A stretch of 64,000 nucleotides of DNA from assembly GCA_038529695.1 (NCBI GenBank), contig JBCBDL010000005.1, forward strand, positions 1,449-65,448. The letters are read 5' to 3'. The stretch's first letter is position 1; every line of letters starts with the position of its first letter. Positions 57,222-64,000 of this stretch are shown in pieces. Below the pieces are notes generated by a model. The model saw only the letters and a list, made by a program, of their open reading frames with translations. It was not told where the DNA came from and did no database searches. This stretch comes from Pseudomonadota bacterium (GTDB taxonomy: Bacteria; Pseudomonadota; Alphaproteobacteria; Rhodobacterales; Rhodobacteraceae). Made by a program: the position numbers and the translations under genes.

Positions 57222-58069
57222 CCCAAACCCCCGGCATTACTGCGAAGGATGTGACCGTTACATATCGTAACGGTCACACTGCTTTGCGCGATGCCACATT
57301 CGATATCCCGACCGGCACGATTACGGCACTGGTCGGGGTGAATGGTGCGGGCAAATCAACCTTGTTCAAGGCGATCATGGGTTTTGTCCCGGCCGCGCGC
57401 GGTGACATCACGGTCCTTGGCATGCCAGTGGGTGAGGCATTGCAGCGCAATATCGTGGCCTATGTGCCCCAATCCGAAGAGGTCGATTGGACCTTTCCGG
57501 TTCTGGTCGAAGATGTCGTGATGATGGGTCGCTATGGTCACATGGGGTTCTTTCGGCGCCCCAAACAGGCTGACCGTGATGCGGTGACGGCTGCATTGGC
57601 GCGGGTCAACATGACCGATTTCCGCCATCGCCAGATCGGGGAATTATCCGGTGGACAGCGCAAACGTGTCTTTCTGGCCCGCGCACTTGCGCAAGAGGGG
57701 CAGGTGATCCTGCTGGATGAACCATTCACCGGTGTTGATGTGCAGACCGAGGATGCGATTATCGCGCTCTTGCGCGAAATGCGCGATGAAGGGCGGGTGA
57801 TGCTGGTGTCGACCCATAATCTTGGCTCTGTGCCAGAGTTTTGCGACCGCACCATCTTGGTCAAGGAAACCGTGCTCGCCTTTGGTGAGACGCAATCGAC
57901 CTTTACCCGCGAAAATCTCGAACTGGCTTTTGGCGGTGTGCTGCGCCATTTCGTGCTTGGCGGGTCAGATCTGCATGATGACGACGACAGCCGCGAAATC
58001 CGGGTGATCACCGATGATGAACGGCCCTTTGTCGTCTACGGCGATGATGAGGCCGGGCGCGCGTCATGA
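57218..58069 (+). CDS. sitB: Mn/Fe ABC ATPase
   Basis: 'GVNGAGKS', 'LSGGQRKR', 'DEPFTGVD', acidic C-tail 'DDERP'. Confidence 0.92.
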   Translation: MTQTPGITAKDVTVTYRNGHTALRDATFDIPTGTITALVGVNGAGKSTLFKAIMGFVPAARGDITVLGMPVGEALQRNIVAYVPQSEEVDWTFPVLVEDVVMMGRYGHMGFFRRPKQADRDAVTAALARVNMTDFRHRQIGELSGGQRKRVFLARALAQEGQVILLDEPFTGVDVQTEDAIIALLREMRDEGRVMLVSTHNLGSVPEFCDRTILVKETVLAFGETQSTFTRENLELAFGGVLRHFVLGGSDLHDDDDSREIRVITDDERPFVVYGDDEAGRAS

Positions 58070-58920
58070 CCACGCTGCTGGAACCTTTTAATTATGCCTA
58101 CATGTTCAATGCGATGTGGGTCAGCGCGCTGGTCGGCGCGATCTGTGCGTTTCTTTCCGCCTATCTGATGCTGAAAGGCTGGTCGCTGATCGGCGACGCG
58201 CTCAGCCACTCGATCGTGCCGGGCGTGGCAGGTGCATATATGCTGGGTCTGCCCTTTGCACTGGGCGCGTTTGCGGCAGGTGGCCTTGCGGCGGGTACGA
58301 TGCTGTTTCTCAACCAGCGATCGGGGCTGAAGGAAGACACGATCATCGGGCTGATCTTCACGTCGTTCTTTGGGCTGGGCCTGTTCATGGTGTCGCTGTC
58401 GCCCACATCTGTCAGCGTGCAGACGATCACTTTGGGCAATATTCTGGCCATCACCCCGTCGGACATCGTGCAATTGGCGATCATTGGCTTTGTGACCTTG
58501 GCCATCCTGCTGGCAAAATGGAAAGATTTCATGGTCACGTTCTTTGACGAAAACCATGCACGTTCCATCGGCTTACGGCCCGATTTGCTGCGGGTTGTGT
58601 TTTTCACTCTGCTGTCAGCATCCTGTGTTGCGGCCCTGCAGACGGTTGGCGCCTTTCTGGTCATTGCGATGGTCGTCACACCTGGTGCCACAGCATATCT
58701 TTTGACGGATCGCTTTCCCAAGCTCCTGGTGCTCAGCGTGGCCATAGGCGCAGGGACCAGCTTTGTCGGTGCCTATCTCAGCTATTTTCTGAACGGCGCG
58801 ACAGGGGGCATCATCGTGACCTTGCAAACGTTGATTTTCCTCGCCGCATTCTTTTTCGCACCCAAGCATGGGTTCCTTGCATCGCGCCGCCGGGCCACCG
58901 CCGGATTGGGACAAACATGA
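58066..58920 (+). CDS. sitC: Mn/Fe ABC permease
   Basis: '[16 protein letters not shown]', 'KEDTIIG'. Confidence 0.9.
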   Translation: MTTLLEPFNYAYMFNAMWVSALVGAICAFLSAYLMLKGWSLIGDALSHSIVPGVAGAYMLGLPFALGAFAAGGLAAGTMLFLNQRSGLKEDTIIGLIFTSFFGLGLFMVSLSPTSVSVQTITLGNILAITPSDIVQLAIIGFVTLAILLAKWKDFMVTFFDENHARSIGLRPDLLRVVFFTLLSASCVAALQTVGAFLVIAMVVTPGATAYLLTDRFPKLLVLSVAIGAGTSFVGAYLSYFLNGATGGIIVTLQTLIFLAAFFFAPKHGFLASRRRATAGLGQT

Positions 58921-59762
58921 TCGAGACTTTGCTGTTCCCCTTCCAATTCGCCTTCATGAACAACGCCTTCTTGATCATGGCGATCATCGCGGTCCCGACC
59001 AGCCTATTGTCCTGCTATCTGGTGCTCAAAGGGTGGTCGTTGATGGGGGATGCGATCAGCCATGCGGTGCTGCCCGGTGTCGTTTTGGCCTATATCCTGA
59101 ACATCCCGCTCATCATCGGTGCGTTTGTTGCGGGCATGTTCTGTGCGGTCGCAACCGGCTTTCTGGCAGAACACAGCCGGGTCAAACAGGACACTGTGAT
59201 GGGGATCGTGTTTTCGGGGATGTTTGCCGTTGGGCTGGTGCTGTACACCAAAATCACCACGGATGTGCATCTCGACCACATTCTATTTGGCAATATGCTG
59301 GGCGTTGGGGCGGCTGATTTATGGACTGCCGGTATCATTGCTGCGGTTGTAGCGCTGCTGATCCTGTTTAAGCGGCGGGACCTTATGCTGCACGCCTTTG
59401 ACCCGGTGCAGGCGCGCGCCGTTGGTTTACCGGTTGCCTGGTTGCATTACGGGCTGCTTGCGATGATCTCGCTCACCATCGTTGCAACGCTATCTGCCGT
59501 CGGGATCATTTTGTCGATTGGTCTGCTCATCGCGCCTGGCGCTATTGCGTTTCTGTTGACCAAAAGGTTTGAGATCATGCTACCGCTTGCTGTGGGCATA
59601 ACGCTCATCTCTGGCTTTCTTGGCGTCTATCTGAGTTTCTTCATCGACAGCGCGCCCGCCCCGACCGTCATCTTGATTATGACGATTCTCTTTATCGGGG
59701 CTTTTATCCGGGCAAACATCACAGCCCGACGGGCCACATCCGATTTGCCATTGAAGACCTGA
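58917..59762 (+). CDS. sitD: Mn/Fe ABC permease
   Basis: 'GWSLMGDAISHAVLPG', 'HLDHILFGN'. Confidence 0.9.
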   Translation: MIETLLFPFQFAFMNNAFLIMAIIAVPTSLLSCYLVLKGWSLMGDAISHAVLPGVVLAYILNIPLIIGAFVAGMFCAVATGFLAEHSRVKQDTVMGIVFSGMFAVGLVLYTKITTDVHLDHILFGNMLGVGAADLWTAGIIAAVVALLILFKRRDLMLHAFDPVQARAVGLPVAWLHYGLLAMISLTIVATLSAVGIILSIGLLIAPGAIAFLLTKRFEIMLPLAVGITLISGFLGVYLSFFIDSAPAPTVILIMTILFIGAFIRANITARRATSDLPLKT

Positions 59763-59809
59763 GCGTGCCGTGAAAACCTGCCCCGACAGGGAGGAAACAG
59801 GCACCATGC

Positions 59810-60514
59810 ATGGGTGAAATCTGGGAAGGATTGACCGCCGGGTTTTGGCTGGTCGTGACGCTGGACGCCGATCTGGTGGCGATCACATTGCGGTCGCTGC
59901 AGGTGACGCTGTCAGCGGTGATTATCGCCTCTATGATCGGCTTGCCCTTCGGCGCCTTTCTGGCCATCCGCCGCTTTCGGCATCGGCGCGCGACGATTGC
60001 GGTGTTGAATGCGTTGATGGGTCTGCCGCCTGTCGTGGTCGGGTTGATCGTTTACCTGCTCTTGTCGCGGTCGGGGCCGTTTGGCGTGCTGGGGCTTCTT
60101 TTCACGCCAACTGCCATGATCATCGCGCAAGTCATTATTATCACGCCACTTATTGCCTCCATCGCACATCAGGCGATCCGGGATATCTGGGCGGAATATC
60201 ATGATTTGCTGATCTCTCTGTCCACCACCAAACGGCAACGGATCAAGACGCTTCTGTGGGATGGCAGACGTGCGCTGATCACCGCGTCACTCGCCGGGTT
60301 TGGTCGTGGTATTGGCGAAGTGGGCGCGATCATGATCGTCGGCGGCAATATCGACAATGCTACGCGGGTTTTGACGACGGCGATTGCGCTCGAAACGGGC
60401 AAGGGTGACTTCGCGTTGGCGCTTGGCCTTGGGTTCGTTCTGATCGCGCTTGCGATTGCTGTAAACCTCGCAATCCACACGATTGGCCGGACGGAGAGTG
60501 AGGGGAAATGGTGA
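59810..60514 (+). CDS. tupB: Tungstate ABC permease
   Basis: 'MGLPPVVVGL.VYLLLSRSGP', 'AGFGR.I.EVGA...VGGNI...TR..TTAIALET.KG'. Confidence 0.88.
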   Translation: MGEIWEGLTAGFWLVVTLDADLVAITLRSLQVTLSAVIIASMIGLPFGAFLAIRRFRHRRATIAVLNALMGLPPVVVGLIVYLLLSRSGPFGVLGLLFTPTAMIIAQVIIITPLIASIAHQAIRDIWAEYHDLLISLSTTKRQRIKTLLWDGRRALITASLAGFGRGIGEVGAIMIVGGNIDNATRVLTTAIALETGKGDFALALGLGFVLIALAIAVNLAIHTIGRTESEGKW

Positions 60515-61224
60515 CCCCGATCCTGCCCCTAACCGTCTCGGACGCCGCTGTAAAACGCAAAGGCAAGACGCTGCTTGGCCCGGTGGATATCGATGTCGCA
60601 CAAACGGGTTTCACGATCGTTATGGGACCCAACGGATCGGGCAAGACAACCTTACTGCGGGCCTTGCACGGGCTGGAAAGGCTGTCGTCCGGGACGATCC
60701 GGTGGCAGGTACCGTTGAAAGATGCGCAAACGCGTCAGGCTTTTGTGTTTCAGACGCCGATTATGATGCGCCGGTCGGTGCGCGACAATCTGGCCTATCC
60801 GTTATTGATACATGGTGTGCCGAAAGGTGATGCCAATCAGACCGCCGCAGACTGGGCAGCACGGGTTGGGCTGCAGGGCGCGCTTGATCTTCCCGCCCCG
60901 CAACTTTCGGGCGGTGAAAAACAGAAGCTGGCATTGGCGCGGGCACTGATCCGTGAGCCTGAGATCGTGTTCCTGGACGAGCCTTGTGCCAATCTCGATG
61001 GTGCTGCCATGCGCGAGATTGAGAGGATACTGAAAGACGCCCAATCCAGCGGAACTCGCATCATCATGTCGACCCACGATGTGGGCCAGGCTAAACGGCT
61101 TGCCGATGATGTTGTGTTCCTGATGCATGGCCGTATCATTGAACATGGGCCTGCGGATCAGTTTTTTGCCGGCCCATCCACGCCGCAAGCCACGGCGCTG
61201 CTGAGGGGAGATATCGTCGAATGA
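60508..61224 (+). CDS. tupC: Tungstate ABC ATPase
   Basis: 'GPNGSGKT', 'LSGGEKQK', 'DEPCANLD', 'STHD..QA'. Confidence 0.85.
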   Translation: MVTPILPLTVSDAAVKRKGKTLLGPVDIDVAQTGFTIVMGPNGSGKTTLLRALHGLERLSSGTIRWQVPLKDAQTRQAFVFQTPIMMRRSVRDNLAYPLLIHGVPKGDANQTAADWAARVGLQGALDLPAPQLSGGEKQKLALARALIREPEIVFLDEPCANLDGAAMREIERILKDAQSSGTRIIMSTHDVGQAKRLADDVVFLMHGRIIEHGPADQFFAGPSTPQATALLRGDIVE

Positions 61225-62018
61225 TCCGGATTTTAGCTGTTTTTCTGTTGGTTTGGGGCTCTGCCGCTTGGGCGGACAGCTTGAAATTGGCTGTGACAAC
61301 ATCGTTCCACAATTCCGGCCTGTCTGACATTCTGTTACCAGCGATTAAAGAGGATATCGATATCGACCTGCAGCTTCTGGTCGTCGGCACGGGGCAGGCT
61401 TTGCGCTTGGGTGAAGCAGGCGATGTGGACGCGATCCTTGTTCATTCCCGCGCAGCAGAGGATGCATTTGTCGCTTCCGGCTTCGGCACGCATCGACGCG
61501 AGATCATGTATAATGACTTCGTCTTTATTGGTCCCTCGGATGATCCGGCAGGCATTGCTGAGGCGCAGAATGCCGCAGATGCCTTGACACGTATCGCTCA
61601 GACCCAAGCCCCCTTTGTCAGCCGAGGTGATGATAGCGGCACCCATAAGAAAGAGATATCGCTTTGGGACGCTGCAGGCACCGCACGCGCCGGCGATTGG
61701 TACCGGCCCGTTGGCGCAGGTATGGGTGCGGCGCTCAACACGGCAGCGGGAATGGACGCCTATATCCTCGCAGACCGGGCGAGCTGGCTGAATTTCGGCA
61801 ACAAGGCGGGGCTTGATCTGCTCTTTGCGGGCGATCCGGCGCTCTTCAACCAATACGCTTACATCCCCGTTAGTCCTGATCTCCACCCGCATGTGAAGGC
61901 GGACCTTGCTTTGGCAGTTGAAGAATGGCTGACATCGGATCGCGCCAAAGACCTAATCGACGGCTACACGATCAATGGTGAGACCCTTTTTACCTTCAAC
62001 GCGACAAACCCGTCCTAG
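61221..62018 (+). CDS. tupA: Tungstate-binding protein
   Basis: 'LAVTTS..NSGL', 'GTGQAL..G..GDVD', 'MYNDF', 'SRGDDSGTH.KE', 'NQY'. Confidence 0.88.
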   Translation: MIRILAVFLLVWGSAAWADSLKLAVTTSFHNSGLSDILLPAIKEDIDIDLQLLVVGTGQALRLGEAGDVDAILVHSRAAEDAFVASGFGTHRREIMYNDFVFIGPSDDPAGIAEAQNAADALTRIAQTQAPFVSRGDDSGTHKKEISLWDAAGTARAGDWYRPVGAGMGAALNTAAGMDAYILADRASWLNFGNKAGLDLLFAGDPALFNQYAYIPVSPDLHPHVKADLALAVEEWLTSDRAKDLIDGYTINGETLFTFNATNPS

Positions 62019-62503
62019 TCATCCAACGAGCCATGGATGGCAAACTGGTCCAGCCCTGCTGACTGAGGTTCGATAATCCGGTAGCTCTCTTTCACCCCGG
62101 CTTCGGTCAATTCGCGCGCAACCATCAGCAATGTGTTGGGGTCCTGATCTTTACAAAGCTCGGACATTTGCGCGATTTCTTCGGCGGCAACGCCACTTGC
62201 CGCGGCGACATCGGGCGCGCCATAATGGCTGACGAAGTGGGCGGCCAACGCATTGGTCAGCACTGCGACTTCGTGATCTTCAATCTTTGTAATGGCGACT
62301 ACAGACACCCGCCCGAATGTCTCCAGACCCAACCAGCCATTGGTAAAGGCCTGTTTGGCCTTGCCGGTCAGGTCGCCCTCGGACCAGTTTGAAAACTCAA
62401 ACCCGCCAGAGATGCACCATTCACCCGTCCGGGCGGGTGTGTGGAATATATTCATGTCGCTTTCATCGAAATGGATCGCGCGGGCGAGATAGCTGTCAGT
62501 CAT
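62015..62503 (-). CDS. DUF6505-like hypothetical protein
   Basis: 'LARAIHFDESD..IF...ARTGEW.ISGGFEF', 'AF.NGWLG'; family name recalled, not searched. Confidence 0.7.
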   Translation of the reverse strand: MTDSYLARAIHFDESDMNIFHTPARTGEWCISGGFEFSNWSEGDLTGKAKQAFTNGWLGLETFGRVSVVAITKIEDHEVAVLTNALAAHFVSHYGAPDVAAASGVAAEEIAQMSELCKDQDPNTLLMVARELTEAGVKESYRIIEPQSAGLDQFAIHGSLDD

Positions 62504-63168
62504 GTCTGCCTCAAGAGATCGGTAAGCGGGGTGAGTGTGGTCGTATCGCCGGTTTTGCGCAACAGGCCAAAGCGTTCGTCCACGCCAATCTCGCCCTCAT
62601 GTCTGTGTAAAAGACCGGTATATTCAGCATGAATCGGCGCGGTCCCGTCATCCGACCAGCGGTTCATCCAGACGAGTGTATGGCGCGACCAGCCTTCCAG
62701 GAGTTGGGTGGCCGAGATATCGCCGCAGCCTTCGTCATAAAGCGTCGTGACGTCTGGTGTCGCGCCTGGGTTTTCGGCGCTGTTGCGGATCGGTATATGC
62801 AGGCCGATGATTAGCCAGTCGGGTACTCCGGCAGGATCATTACCTGACGCATGCGCGCTCAGAACACCGCAAGTAGCGTCGTTCACGCGCAACGTGCCGT
62901 TCCATTCCAACAATACAGCGATTTCTGGTGGAGCGATAGCGCCAAGCGCATTCTGAAACCCAATGCCGCAGATAGGAAGCATGATCATTGCGTCGCCCAG
63001 CGGGATGTCGGGCGCAAATATTATCGCAGCCCGCAGATCATCGGTGCCGGTCTGATAGACAACCGTGCCGGCGTCACAGCCCGCCATAGCCATTTGGGTC
63101 GCCACATCCAACGGATCATCAACAGTGGCTTGCCCAGACATCAATGGTGGAAAAGTCGGTGCGGTCAT
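62500..63168 (-). CDS. Biotin/lipoate-ligase-fold protein (DUF4444-like), probably non-catalytic
   Basis: 'LEWNGTLRVND..CG.L' aligns with BirA 'LKWPND...KxxG.L'; 'T.L.DEGCG'. Confidence 0.7.
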   Translation of the reverse strand: MTAPTFPPLMSGQATVDDPLDVATQMAMAGCDAGTVVYQTGTDDLRAAIIFAPDIPLGDAMIMLPICGIGFQNALGAIAPPEIAVLLEWNGTLRVNDATCGVLSAHASGNDPAGVPDWLIIGLHIPIRNSAENPGATPDVTTLYDEGCGDISATQLLEGWSRHTLVWMNRWSDDGTAPIHAEYTGLLHRHEGEIGVDERFGLLRKTGDTTTLTPLTDLLRQT

Positions 63169-64000
63169 GCTTTCCCGCTAGTGATCAATTGACGTGCGAC
63201 GGCGCGAAACGCCTCTGCCTGCGGGCTTTCGGGCTTTGAGACCACGATGGGAGCGCCACCATCTGCGGCAAGCCGGATATCGAGGTGCAAAGGCAGTTCG
63301 GCCAGCAGGGGCGCCCCTATCTTTTCGGCCTCGGACGCGACACCGCCATGGCCAAACGTGTGTTCCTCGTGTCCGCAGTTGGAACAGATATGCGTGCTCA
63401 TATTCTCGATCAGCCCGATGATCGGCGTGCCGAGCTGGTTGAACATATCGATCCCCTTGCGGGCATCGATCAGCGCCACGTCTTGCGGGGTGGAAACGAC
63501 GATTGCACCGGAAACCTCAAATTTCTGGGTCAGCGTCATCTGTACATCGCCCGTGCCGGGGGGCAGGTCCACGATCAGTACATCCAAGGCACCCCATTGC
63601 ACCTGGTTCATCATCTGCTGCAGTGCGCCCATCAGCATCGGGCCGCGCCAGACGACCGCCTGATCGTCGTTTTGCATCAAACCGATGGACATCATCGTGA
63701 CACCGTGATTGCGCATGGGCAGGATCGTCTTGCCATCGGGCGAGGCGGGGCGCCCCGACACGCCCAGCATCCGCGGCTGAGAGGGGCCATAGACATCCGC
63801 ATCCAGAAGACCCACGCGCCGCCCCTCTGCCGCCAGCGCACATGCAAGGTTGGCTGACACAGTGGATTTGCCCACGCCGCCCTTACCGGATGCAATCGCA
63901 ATGATCCGATCAACGCCCGGCACCTTTTGCGGGCCCTTTGGTTCAGCGGCACGCTGCGGCTTCAAATCTGGCGGGGCGGCGGGTGTGCTATGCGCTGTCA
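63165..64000 (-). CDS. apbC: Mrp/NBP35 (ApbC) Fe-S carrier ATPase, 5' truncated by window
   Basis: 'SGKGGVGKST', 'DADVYGPS', 'WRGPM', 'DLPPGTGD', 'ENMS...C..C'; frame open to the window edge. Confidence 0.93.
   Translation of the reverse strand, partial: TAHSTPAAPPDLKPQRAAEPKGPQKVPGVDRIIAIASGKGGVGKSTVSANLACALAAEGRRVGLLDADVYGPSQPRMLGVSGRPASPDGKTILPMRNHGVTMMSIGLMQNDDQAVVWRGPMLMGALQQMMNQVQWGALDVLIVDLPPGTGDVQMTLTQKFEVSGAIVVSTPQDVALIDARKGIDMFNQLGTPIIGLIENMSTHICSNCGHEEHTFGHGGVASEAEKIGAPLLAELPLHLDIRLAADGGAPIVVSKPESPQAEAFRAVARQLITSGKA

Noticed and set aside
59763-59809. Moco/Wco riboswitch before tupB
   Set aside because: The spacer is only 47 nt, too short for the motif
1-64000. CRISPR array, prophage, IS element, restriction or antiphage genes, recoding signals
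   Set aside because: No regularly spaced repeats, transposase, integrase, phage structural or nuclease motifs, and no broken reading frames seen by eye

Overview
Chromosomal core region of a Rhodobacterales (Roseobacter-group-like) alphaproteobacterium; the taxon is inferred from gene content and order. It holds about 75 CDS, tRNA-Thr(TGT), tRNA-Ser(TGA) and a SAM-II riboswitch. I saw no integrase, transposase, prophage or CRISPR array. Housekeeping genes include yciB, metZ, folE2, clpPX, aat, accBC, tmk and holB. Five ABC systems are present (LIV-type with a Tat-exported binding protein, glycerol-type GlpSTPQUV, polyamine-type, SitABCD Mn/Fe, TupABC tungstate). The modules most worth following up are: (1) a ScfR/RamB-type regulator + stand-alone receiver + small membrane protein + SLC5-STAC histidine kinase divergent from the LIV-type transporter, a candidate short-chain-fatty-acid sensing and uptake system with no DNA-binding response regulator; (2) the four-gene CP-ATP-grasp / alpha-E / transglutaminase / Anbu operon of unknown function, directly downstream of a BlaI + sensorless M56 protease pair; (3) a pseudo-biotin-ligase + DUF6505-like + Mrp cluster facing tupABC; (4) a divergent LvaA/LvaC (split ACAD10/11)-like pair; (5) a BigR/SqrR persulfide module. 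All family assignments come from motifs read by eye, not database searches. Many start codons were moved downstream of the ORF-track starts to fit RBS position and family N-termini.
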